Source of the DNA: Pelagomonas calceolata
Taxonomy: Eukaryota
Length of the DNA: 64,000 nt
Direction of reading: 5' to 3'
Assembly (NCBI GenBank): GCA_918797485.1
Contig: CAKKNE010000001.1
Span: 2,542,001-2,606,000, forward strand
A model generated the notes under the pieces. The model was not told where the DNA came from. It was given only the letters and a program-made list of their open reading frames with translations, and ran no database searches. Positions 1-8,808 of this stretch are shown piece by piece. The translations under genes and the position numbers were made by a program. Position 1 is the stretch's first letter; each line of letters starts with the position of its first letter.

Positions 1-1467
1 CCTGAGAATTGGGGCCTGCCGACGGACGACCCCGAGTTCAACCCGCGGTCGAACTTCGTTTCCAAGGAGGGCTGCTTCGCGTTATCCGAAGCGTTGCACG
101 GCACGTCGCTGACCGCCTTAAACTTGTCGGGCCAGCGCGTCGGCGACGCCGGCGCGTTGGCGTTATCTCGAGTGCTCTTCGCCGACAAGGAGACGAAGTG
201 CTCCTGCGCTTTGAGCTCATTAGCATTAGACGCCAATCGCGTCGGCGACAAGGGCGCCGCCGCGTTGATCGAGTGCTGGGCGAACCCGCTCTCTTCATTA
301 GAAACGTTGCGGCTCGCGATGAATTCATTAGGCGACGAGGCGGCGGTCAAGGCGTGTAGTCTCGCGCTGAAGCATTATAAAGTGGACCAGCTGCTCGTCC
401 CGAAACGGAAGAAGAAGAGGAAGAAGAAGCGCGTCGGGTCGCTGTCGCCGCGGGCGCGGCGACGGCGGGACATCAAGGAGGGTATCATCCACGTGAAGGA
501 CGAGGAGCCCGAGGAGGACGACTTCAAGGATCTTGGTTTGTTGGATCTGAGCCTGTGCCAGGTCGGGGAGATCGGCGTGTTGGCGGTCCACGGTGCGTCA
601 GCAAGGTGCAAGAAGATCGGGAAGATCATACCGGTCCACGGCAACCCGGGCCACGATATCCATCCGACGCCGTCGCGACGGCCGAGCCAGGACTCCATAC
701 GGTCGGACTCGACGGAGTATAAGAGACAGCTCGAGGCCGGGCGGGCCCTCAAGCCCGTGCAGTTCGGCGGCTCCCGACGGGCGGACTCGGGCGCGCCCTT
801 GCTGACGCTCAAGAAGAGCATCCCCTTCCTGGCGCCGGACAAGCGCGGGGACCTGTCACCGCGGTCGGCGCTCGACGCGTCCAAGGGCACGGAGAGCGTA
901 TTAAGGACGGTCGCGCGCAAGGCGAGCGACCGGCAGGCGCGGATCGACGAAGGCGCGCTCCCGGAGGCGCGGAAGATGAAGCGGCACAAGCTGGGCGAGA
1001 CGGGCAAGCCCCGCTACGCGTTCGACCCGGACCTGCCCCCGCTTAATTTCCTGGCGCACCACAAAAGCCACATCAGGAGGCTGGGCGCCGAGTCGCGGCG
1101 GAAGAGGCGCGAGGAGCACGACCGCCAGATCACGCAGGAGAAGCGGGAAAGTCTCGCGGCGAACGTCAAATCGAAAAGACTGCGGAAGGCGATCCTCGAC
1201 GCGGGCATCACGCAGTTCAAGGAGGAGACGGCCGAGGGCGCGCTCCGGACGCGCGTCGTCGGCGACCTGGTGCGCACGTTCCCCGCCGTCGCGGCGCTGC
1301 CCGGAGCGCAGTCCGGGCGCATGGACCTGAGTCGCGACGGGCCGCGCTTCGGCCATCGAAAACCGGACCCGGAGTCGCCCAAGAAATGGGCCGCGAAGCT
1401 CGCCGCCAAAAAGGCGGCGCGCCACCGCGCGTTCCTCGTGCACCTCGGGCAGCACCCGATCCACTAA
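1..1467 (+). CDS. Leucine-rich repeat (ribonuclease-inhibitor-like) protein, 5' partial
   Basis: The frame is open from position 1. RI-type LRRs: LTALNLSGQRVGDAGALAL, LSSLALDANRVGDKGAAAL, LETLRLAMNSLGDEAA. Basic low-complexity C-terminus. Confidence 0.75.
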   Translation, partial: PENWGLPTDDPEFNPRSNFVSKEGCFALSEALHGTSLTALNLSGQRVGDAGALALSRVLFADKETKCSCALSSLALDANRVGDKGAAALIECWANPLSSLETLRLAMNSLGDEAAVKACSLALKHYKVDQLLVPKRKKKRKKKRVGSLSPRARRRRDIKEGIIHVKDEEPEEDDFKDLGLLDLSLCQVGEIGVLAVHGASARCKKIGKIIPVHGNPGHDIHPTPSRRPSQDSIRSDSTEYKRQLEAGRALKPVQFGGSRRADSGAPLLTLKKSIPFLAPDKRGDLSPRSALDASKGTESVLRTVARKASDRQARIDEGALPEARKMKRHKLGETGKPRYAFDPDLPPLNFLAHHKSHIRRLGAESRRKRREEHDRQITQEKRESLAANVKSKRLRKAILDAGITQFKEETAEGALRTRVVGDLVRTFPAVAALPGAQSGRMDLSRDGPRFGHRKPDPESPKKWAAKLAAKKAARHRAFLVHLGQHPIH

Positions 1468-1476
1468 TACGTGTTG

Positions 1477-2889
1477 TTACTGTAGTCCTAGCAATGCGAC
1501 GAGGACAAGCCCCGGCCGTAATACACATCCAGCGTTCTTGCTGCTCGCGGCGACCTGGGGCGCGGGCCTCGGCACCGGCGTCGGGGCGAGGCGGGCGGCG
1601 ACCTCCGCCGCGTCCGCGAGGCTCGTCGGAGCGTGTGAAGGCCGCGGCGTCGGCCGCGGCGTGTACGTCGGGCGGCCCGTCGGCCGCGCCGTCGACGGTT
1701 GGGGGGACCCGGTCGGCGCCAGGCTCAGCGTGGGGTACGACGTCGTCGGTTTGGGCGTCGGGATCTTCGACGGCGTGGGTGTCGGCGCCGACGACGGCGC
1801 GCACGTGCCGACGGCGCCGCGGGCCACGCCGCAGGACAGCGACGCGCAGTCGCTGCCAAAGATGCAGCCCGCCGCGCACTTCGTGCCGAAGAAGGCGCTC
1901 TCGAGGTCCACGTCGTCGTTGACACACCAGCCGAGGTCCTGGTTGAAGGCCGCGGCCTTCCAGAACAGGTAGTTCATGTTCACGACGACGTGGACGCCCC
2001 GGCTGTTCGTGTCGTCGTACCAGCTCCGCAGCGGCTGATTGAACGCCGCCGCCTCCCAGAACATCTGGTACATGGACGTTACTCTGGTGGTTTCCCAACT
2101 GTCGATGTTCTGGTCGAAGCTGGACGCCTGCGAGAACGTGCCGAGCATGTTCACGACTTGGGACACGTCCCAGGTCGCCAGCGACTGGTTGAAGGCCGAG
2201 GCGCCCCAGAACATGGATTCTAGAGTGGTGGCGCTCGACACGTCCCAAGAATCCAAAGGCTGGTTGAAGGCCGAGAAGGCGAAGACCTTGAGGAAGGACG
2301 AGATGCGCGAGACGTCCCAGCCACTGATGTCCTGGTCGAAGTCGCTGTACATGAACATTTCACTTATTGAGGGAGTGCCGAGCTGCCAGGAGTTTAGTGG
2401 GGAGTTGTACGCCGAGGCGTAGAACATGGAGTCCAGTGCAACGACCTGGTCGACGTCCCAGGCGTCCAGCGGTTGGTTGTATGTGTTTTTTTCGTGGGCC
2501 TTGCCTTCGAACATCGACGTCAGGTCCGTGACTTTTGAGATATCCCAGCTATTGAGCGGTTGGTTGAACTGTGTCGCGAAGAGGAACATGGAGTGCATCG
2601 TCGTGACCTGGGCCGTGTCCCACCCGCTGATGTCGTCGTTGAAGGCCGACGCCCCGACGTTGTAGGAGTCGCAGAACGAGTGGTGCGTCGGGGTCTCATC
2701 TAACCCGCAGAAGAGCTCGCTCATGTCGCGCACGGCGCCGGTGTTCCACTGGGCGATGGGGCCCCACGTGCCCTCCGCCTCCGCGCGGGCCGTCGCGTTG
2801 CCGAGCCAGAGCCGCACGGCCGTGCGGATCGTCGTGTCGTCCAGCGCCGTCTGGGCGGCCGCCGCCGCGGCGAGCAGGACGACGCGCAT
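1477..2889 (-). CDS. DUF285/BspA-type repeat surface protein, probably secreted and GPI- or TM-anchored
   Basis: ATG at 2889 gives a signal peptide (MRVVLLAAAAAAQ). About 9 repeats of the type FNQPLxxWDVSxVTxMxxMF, then a PT-rich stalk and a hydrophobic C-terminus. Confidence 0.85.
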   Translation of the reverse strand: MRVVLLAAAAAAQTALDDTTIRTAVRLWLGNATARAEAEGTWGPIAQWNTGAVRDMSELFCGLDETPTHHSFCDSYNVGASAFNDDISGWDTAQVTTMHSMFLFATQFNQPLNSWDISKVTDLTSMFEGKAHEKNTYNQPLDAWDVDQVVALDSMFYASAYNSPLNSWQLGTPSISEMFMYSDFDQDISGWDVSRISSFLKVFAFSAFNQPLDSWDVSSATTLESMFWGASAFNQSLATWDVSQVVNMLGTFSQASSFDQNIDSWETTRVTSMYQMFWEAAAFNQPLRSWYDDTNSRGVHVVVNMNYLFWKAAAFNQDLGWCVNDDVDLESAFFGTKCAAGCIFGSDCASLSCGVARGAVGTCAPSSAPTPTPSKIPTPKPTTSYPTLSLAPTGSPQPSTARPTGRPTYTPRPTPRPSHAPTSLADAAEVAARLAPTPVPRPAPQVAASSKNAGCVLRPGLVLVALLGLQ

Positions 2890-3211
2890 GGCTCCAGAGG
2901 TCCCTTTTTGCAGCGCGCCAGTTGCCACGCGCGCGCGCCGGTGGCTATCTAACTTGTTATGTCTGCTGCACCTGCACACGCGCCGCCGGTGGCTATCACG
3001 TCGACTGGCGCTCCCGCAAGTACGAATCGATGCAGCAGTCGTAATCGATCGGCAGCGCTGCGATCGAAGGCAGCCCTGAGCGCTCCGCCGCGCGCTTGGG
3101 CAGCCGCGAGACTGCGCTGTTTGTGGCCCGAACCGAACCCGGACGCAGGACCAGGTTAACCGATCGCGAGGGCACGTTTGGAGACGTGCGGTGGACCGCC
3201 GAGACATCTAC

Positions 3212-3233
3212 GCTAGCGCCCGTAAGACACTAG
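3212..3233 (+). promoter_or_regulatory. Bipartite CTAG promoter motif (representative copy)
   Basis: GCTAGCgcccGTAAGACACTAG, 60 bp upstream of the COX17 ATG. Other copies are listed under findings. Confidence 0.6.
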
Positions 3234-3292
3234 AGCCCAACCAAGGGAGCTTGGTCTTGCTCGGCAGACAAACGAGTGCGACGCGACCTCAC

Positions 3293-3493
3293 ATGGGCTC
3301 CAGCCAGAGCCAGGACACCCAGGACACCAAGCCGCCGCCCCAGCTCGGCAAGAGCGGCAAGAAGATCTGCTGCAGCTGCCCGGAGACCAAGAAGCCCCGC
3401 GACGAGTGCATCGTGACGAAGGGCGAGGAGCACTGCGGTGACTTAATCGAGGCGCACAAGCGCTGCCTCCGCTTGGAAGGGTTCAAGGTATGA
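3293..3493 (+). CDS. COX17: Cytochrome c oxidase copper chaperone
   Basis: [43 protein letters not shown] has the CCxC copper site, twin Cx9C and the typical C-terminus. Confidence 0.93.
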   Translation: MGSSQSQDTQDTKPPPQLGKSGKKICCSCPETKKPRDECIVTKGEEHCGDLIEAHKRCLRLEGFKV

Positions 3494-4383
3494 AGCGCGA
3501 CGCCGCCACCGCCGAGCTGTCGCGCGAGGAGCTCGAGGCCGAGGTGGCCGCGCTGCGCTCGGAGAACGCCCAGCTGCGCACGGCGCCGCTGCCTCCGTTA
3601 AATCCGCTGCCGCCCCTGGCGCCGCTGCCGACTTTCGACCCGCTCGCGTCGCCACCGGCGTCGCCGGCGGTCCTCGGGGCGGACTGGGGCGGCGGCGTCG
3701 CGCCCGTGCCGCCGGCGTCGCCGGCGGTCCTCGGGGCGGACTATGGCGGCGGCGTCGCGCCCGTGCCAATGCCGGCCAACCAGTCGCCGCTCTCGCCCGC
3801 CCCGGCGCCGGCGCCGCCCAAGCCGCGGCCGGCGCCCAGCTTCCGCCCGGCGGACCGCGTCGAGTTCGCGCGGACCGGCGAGCAGGGCATCATCGACCGC
3901 GTCTGGAAGCGCGGCGAGCTGCCGGGGGTCGACGACGACGACGGCCCTTTCGTGGACGTGGCCTTCGGCAGCGGCGAGGTCGGCACGTTCAAGGCCCGCT
4001 ACTTCCGGCCGCCGACGGCGCCGCCGCGCCTCCAGCGCTGGGGCAACGAGCCGCCCGCGGCGCTCCTCTACGCGGAGAAGGTCGCGGAGCCGGCGGCCGC
4101 CGCGCGCGACTCGGACTCGGACTACAACAGCAAGGCCGAGTCGTCCGAGTCCGAGTCGGACGCGAGCGAGGCGCCGCCGCGGCCGGCCGTCGAGGACGAG
4201 GACTCGGACGACGCGCTGATCTGGGTGCCGAAGAAGAAGGCCCTGATCGGCCGGTGCGCGCCGGGCGAGGCCCTCGTCTGCCCGGCCTGCGAGGCGTCCT
4301 ACACGTCGGGCCACTTCTGCCCCAAGTGCGAGAAGAAGCTCGTGCCGCGCATGACCGCCCCCGCCGAGAAGGCTAACGAGTAA
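3490..4383 (+). CDS. Hypothetical protein: N-terminal coiled coil, Pro-rich tandem repeat, SH3/KOW-like segment, C-terminal CxxC-x8-CxxC zinc ribbon
   Basis: 297-aa ORF with coding-like codon use. [19 protein letters not shown] occurs twice. [17 protein letters not shown] at the C-terminus. The ATG overlaps the COX17 stop. Confidence 0.6.
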   Translation: MKRDAATAELSREELEAEVAALRSENAQLRTAPLPPLNPLPPLAPLPTFDPLASPPASPAVLGADWGGGVAPVPPASPAVLGADYGGGVAPVPMPANQSPLSPAPAPAPPKPRPAPSFRPADRVEFARTGEQGIIDRVWKRGELPGVDDDDGPFVDVAFGSGEVGTFKARYFRPPTAPPRLQRWGNEPPAALLYAEKVAEPAAAARDSDSDYNSKAESSESESDASEAPPRPAVEDEDSDDALIWVPKKKALIGRCAPGEALVCPACEASYTSGHFCPKCEKKLVPRMTAPAEKANE

Positions 4384-4384
4384 C

Positions 4385-5407
4385 TTAGAGGCCGAGCGCC
4401 GCGCGGAGGCCGTCCAGCATCGAGGGCCGGCCGAGGACGAGGTCCAGGAGCGCCATGCGCGCGTAGAGGCCGTGCTCCATCTGGCGGAAGTAGGCCGCGT
4501 TCGGCAGGGCGTCGACGTCCGTCGCGACCTCGTCGACGCGCGGGAGCGGGTGCAGGACGGCGCACCCTTTTTTTGCCGTCCGCAGCAGCGCCGCGTCGAC
4601 GACGTAGGAGCCCTTCGTGCGCTCGTAGAGGGCCTGGCTCTCGAAGCGCTCGCGCTGCACGCGCGTGACGTACAGCGCGTCGCAGTCGGCGACGACCGGG
4701 GCGAGCGCGTCCACGGACTTTTGTGAAGCCGTACCTCTTGATACGACGTCCGTGACCGCCGCCGGCATCTCCAGGCCCGCCGGGGCCACGTAGACCAGCG
4801 CCACGTCGAAGTTCGCGAGGAGCTTGGCCAGCGAGTGCACCGTGCGGCCGTGCTTTAGGTCGCCCACCATACAAATGGTCTTCCCCGCGAGGGCCGCCCG
4901 GACGCCCCCGGCGGGAATGCCGCCGCACATCTCGCGGCAGAGCGTGTAGACGTCGAGCAGCGCTTGCGTGGGGTGCTCGCCGACGCCGTCGCCCGCGTTC
5001 AGCGTCGGTTTCCGCGACGCGACCGCCGCGCGCTTCGCGGCGCCGGACTCGGGGTGCCGCAGCACGAGCACGTCCGCGTAGCACGCCAGCGACCGCGCCG
5101 TGTCCTCGAGCGTCTCGCCCTTCTTGGCGCTCGACGTCGCCTCGGCGACGCAGAAGACGCTGCCCCCCAATCGCAGCATCGCGGCCTGGAAGCTGCAGCT
5201 CGTGCGCGTCGACGGCTCGTAGAAGACGTTGGCCAGGATCTTGCCGCGCTGCCGCGCCAAGACCTTGTCCCGGGGCTGGCCGCGCAGCCGCTCGGCGTGC
5301 GCGAGCACGAGGTTGAGCCCGGCCTCGTCCAGTTGCTGCACGCCGACCAAGGACTGGCCCTTCCAGGCGGCCGCGTCGTCGGAGAGGGAGCCGGGGGCGA
5401 AGGCCAT
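4385..5407 (-). CDS. pyrB: Aspartate carbamoyltransferase catalytic subunit
   Basis: Motifs FYEPSTRTSCSF, KKGETLEDT, NAGDGVGEHPTQALLD, GDLKHGRTVHSL, HPLPRVDE. Confidence 0.96.
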   Translation of the reverse strand: MAFAPGSLSDDAAAWKGQSLVGVQQLDEAGLNLVLAHAERLRGQPRDKVLARQRGKILANVFYEPSTRTSCSFQAAMLRLGGSVFCVAEATSSAKKGETLEDTARSLACYADVLVLRHPESGAAKRAAVASRKPTLNAGDGVGEHPTQALLDVYTLCREMCGGIPAGGVRAALAGKTICMVGDLKHGRTVHSLAKLLANFDVALVYVAPAGLEMPAAVTDVVSRGTASQKSVDALAPVVADCDALYVTRVQRERFESQALYERTKGSYVVDAALLRTAKKGCAVLHPLPRVDEVATDVDALPNAAYFRQMEHGLYARMALLDLVLGRPSMLDGLRAALGL

Positions 5408-5670
5408 GATGAATGCGTGTTTAGGTGTGGTGTACTATGTTTTTTAAATGGCAAAAGGAGAGCCGGCTAGCGTCTTTACAACACGCTAGCTCCGGGTCTC
5501 AGGCTCTCTACCGGGTTGCCCCATACGCGGCGCAATTAGTGACCTGTGGTCGGTAATAATTTCACTCGCATCTGCAAAGGCCCACGCGTGGCTCGGCAAT
5601 TGCTGCGGCTAGCGGCGGGCATTTTACCAGTTTCGGGTCGGCAGACGGCGCTACGGGCGCTCGTCGAACG

Positions 5671-6366
5671 ATGACCTCCGACGGCCCCGACGCAAAGAAG
5701 CAAAAAAGTGATGACGACTGGCGCCGCACGTCGTTCAAGATCGCCGACGTGAACCCGCACTTGGTGTGCGCGTTGTGCGGAGGCTACTTCCGCGACTGCC
5801 ACACGATCACGGAGTGTTTGCACTCCTTTTGTCAAGTGTGCATATTGGCGCACCTCCGCCAGAACAAAAACAGCTGCCCGCGCTGCGGCGTCGACCTCGG
5901 GCCGCACCCGATGACCGCGGTCTTGCACGACCGCCAGCTCCAGGCCGTCGTGGACAAGATCTTCCCGGAGTTCGAGGATATTGATCGCCAAGCGAGGCAG
6001 GCTAGACGGTCCCTCGAGGCGCCGCCGTCGGCGCCCCGCGCGCGGCCGCGCGCGGCCAAGACCGCGCGCGCGCCCGAGGAGGAGGTCTCCTTCAAGGTCG
6101 AGCAGGCGCCCCTGGCCGCGGGCGAGGAGCCGCTCCCCATCGAGCTGCTGGACAAGCCCTACCTCAAGACGAACGGGAACCTCAAGGTCGGGCAGCTGCG
6201 CAAGTATTTGGCGCGGAAGATGCGGCTGCGGAGCGAGGAGCTCGAGCTGCTGTGCGACGGCGAGGAGCTGTCGGGCGAGCACGCGCTGCGCTTCGTCAAG
6301 GGCACGGTCTGGACGAAGCCCTCGGAGCTCGTGATCCAGTTCCGGCGCGCGGCCGGGGACGCGTAA
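5671..6366 (+). CDS. Polycomb group RING finger protein (PCGF/BMI1/PSC-like; C3HC4 RING plus RAWUL-like domain)
   Basis: NPHLVCALCGGYFRDCHTITECLHSFCQVCI closely matches the BMI1 RING. The C-terminal ubiquitin-like segment is KPYLKT...VGQLRKYLARK...LELLCDGE. Confidence 0.88.
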   Translation: MTSDGPDAKKQKSDDDWRRTSFKIADVNPHLVCALCGGYFRDCHTITECLHSFCQVCILAHLRQNKNSCPRCGVDLGPHPMTAVLHDRQLQAVVDKIFPEFEDIDRQARQARRSLEAPPSAPRARPRAAKTARAPEEEVSFKVEQAPLAAGEEPLPIELLDKPYLKTNGNLKVGQLRKYLARKMRLRSEELELLCDGEELSGEHALRFVKGTVWTKPSELVIQFRRAAGDA

Positions 6367-6459
6367 CTACATCTGCTTCGAGTTTGGCTATCGCGGCGGA
6401 TCCTGGAATTGGCTGGCTCCGCGGTGCACGTTGTTCACAACGAGAAAAGTTAGAGGGGC

Positions 6460-7194
6460 CTATGCGTCAGTTGGCGACGGGCGATACCTCCTCGGCGGCG
6501 CGGATCGTGGCCGCCCGATCTCCAGACTCTGCGGCCGCGCGCCGCCGTGCGTCTCGAAGTAGGCGTCGGGGAACTCGCGCCGCGCGGGCGCGTCCGGAAC
6601 CGCGCGCCAGTCCGGCCCCGCCACGGCTTTCGACAGCGCCAGGAGGTCCGCCCTCACACCCAAAGCCGCCTCGTGCGGGGGCCGCGGGTGCGGGTGCGTC
6701 CACTCGACGGAGCCCGCGCACGAGTGGAGCCGCGGGTGCGGCGCCGTCCTCGGCCGCGCCGTCGCGAGCGCCACGGCCCCGAGGCCCCAGCCGGGCGGCG
6801 TCCCGCGCGACCGCGCCGCAGAAGCTCGCGGTGCCATCGCCTGGTCCCACGACGCCCGCGTCACGGGGCCCCAGCCGGGCGCGAATCCGCGGTCCCGCGT
6901 CGTCCGAGCCGCGCCCGGCCGCGGGCGCGGTTTCTTCGCGAGCGCCGCGGCGATGGCCCGCGCGTTCCCGTTGTGCGTCAGGAGCCCGCGGCGGAAGCGG
7001 TCGCCGTCGCCGGACCGGACGGCGGCGCCGGGCCACAGCGCGGACCGCGGGCCGTCCTTCACCTTACTCGGGCGCCGGCCGGCCGCGGACCGCGGCCGCA
7101 GGCTCGGCCGGAGCTCGCCGGCCTTGCCGAGGTTGGTGTGCGTGTAGTAGGTGTCCGTGGGAGCGGTCGACGTGCAGTAGAGGGCCGTGTTCAT
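6460..7194 (-). CDS. Hypothetical protein
   Basis: 244-aa ATG ORF filling the gap between two genes. No recognisable domain. Confidence 0.5.
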   Translation of the reverse strand: MNTALYCTSTAPTDTYYTHTNLGKAGELRPSLRPRSAAGRRPSKVKDGPRSALWPGAAVRSGDGDRFRRGLLTHNGNARAIAAALAKKPRPRPGAARTTRDRGFAPGWGPVTRASWDQAMAPRASAARSRGTPPGWGLGAVALATARPRTAPHPRLHSCAGSVEWTHPHPRPPHEAALGVRADLLALSKAVAGPDWRAVPDAPARREFPDAYFETHGGARPQSLEIGRPRSAPPRRYRPSPTDA

Positions 7195-7334
7195 CCTCTA
7201 AGTGTGTTCAGGGCTGCCCCACTGCCGACGAGGCTACGCCGCGCGGAGCGCCAACCAAGGTACCTTACCCTGCATATAAGTATACTGGTATAGTACCTCT
7301 TGTGTTCATTCGCAAGGGCAGCCTATTCGACGCC

Positions 7335-8773
7335 ATGTCGTCGCTACCCGACATCCACGCGCCGCCGGCGCAAGTCACGAAGCCCGGCAAACCAAACACA
7401 GAACTCGTCGAGGAGATCGCGGCCCTGCGCAAGGAATTGAAAGTCGAGGGCGACCCACTTAAGCCCAGGCTCGTCGTGCCGGACTACCCGATGCAGCCGT
7501 CGACGTCCTCACCAAAATAGGGATGGAGTTCGTCCGCGGCGCCCAGACTCCATCTTCCACGAAGGCGCCGCCCGGCAGCCTGGCCAAGGACTGGACGTCC
7601 TGCAGCTGCCTCTTCGGCGACCCGCGCGGCGTGCTCGTCAAGGGCGCCGTCGTCCGGCTCAAGACGCAGGACGCCTTCTCCGGCGAGTACGGCGATATTG
7701 AAAAATACGACGACGTCCAGCGGAAGTGGCTGGTCCGGCTGCACCGGCGGGAGGTGGCCATCGCGCCCATGAGCTTTTCGTATGTCGAGCTGCACTTCGC
7801 GTATAGGGTTATGCTCGGCGACGCGTCGGGAGTACCTTCCAGAAGTACACAACCGTACGCGACAGGCGACGTCGTCTTCGTCGAGGCGCCGTGCGTCCTC
7901 GTCGGCCCGGACGCGCCGGCGCGGTGGCGCGCCGCCGTGGCGCTGAAGGCGCGCGCCAAGGCGGGCGACGCGGCGGCGCGGGAGGCCGTCGCGCGCCTCG
8001 AGGCGCTCGCGCCGCCGGAGCCTCTGTGTGAAACCTTCGACGCGCGCACGCGGCGCATGCGGGAGGCCCGCGCGGTCGTCGATGACTACAAAACGCGGAA
8101 GACGCGGTCCTTCCGCAAGAAGCAGAGCGCCGCGACCTACGACGCCAAGGTGCGCAAGGTGGCGACGTGCCTGCGGCACTTCGAGGTCTGCGCGCGCCAG
8201 CCGTGGGCGGCGTGCGCCGCGGGCACGGCCGTCTACGCTGCCGTGGCCGCGCTGCCGCACGCCTGCGCGCCGGCGCTGCGCATGCTCATCGACGATGGGA
8301 CGCTCACGGCGACGGCGACGCGCGACCTCGCCGAAAATCAACTCTTGACGGTGAACCTCGGGCCGCCGCAGCTACCGGAGTGGGGCCGCGACGTGCGGCG
8401 CCGGTGGCTGCGGGACCACCACGGCTTCGCCTGCGAATGCGCGACGTGCGCGCGCGACGACGCGAAGCAGGCGGCGCGCGCCGCCCGGGCCGCGGGGGCG
8501 GCGTCGCGCAAGGTCGACGCCGCGCGGGCGGCGGCGCGCGCCGGCAAGGCCCGGCAACCCGCCGCCGCGCCGGCGCCACCACCGCCGCCCGCGCCACCGA
8601 AGCTCGAGGACCTCCCGCCCCACCTGCACACGCTCGGCGCGCTCGAGGACCACCTCGCGGCGGAGGAGGCCTCGCGGCGCGCGACCGACGCGTACCTCGC
8701 CGAGCACTACGCCGAGTCGTCGTCCGGGGAGTCGGATATCGACTGGCGCGCCGAGGTGCCGCGTAAGTGGTAG
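7335..8773 (+). CDS. SET-domain (SMYD-like) lysine methyltransferase with an apparent 1-bp frameshift near 7487-7490
   Basis: SET and post-SET elements: ATGDVVFVEAP, LPHACAP, ATRDLAENQLLTVNLG, RRRWLRDHHGFACECATC. The ORF from ATG 7335 joins the 7523 frame if one C is added at TACCCGATG, giving ...VPDYPDAAVDVLTKIGMEF. Confidence 0.7.
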
Positions 8774-8808
8774 ACTTGTGAAGTGACTTGTGGGGGTAAC
8801 GCAGTAAG

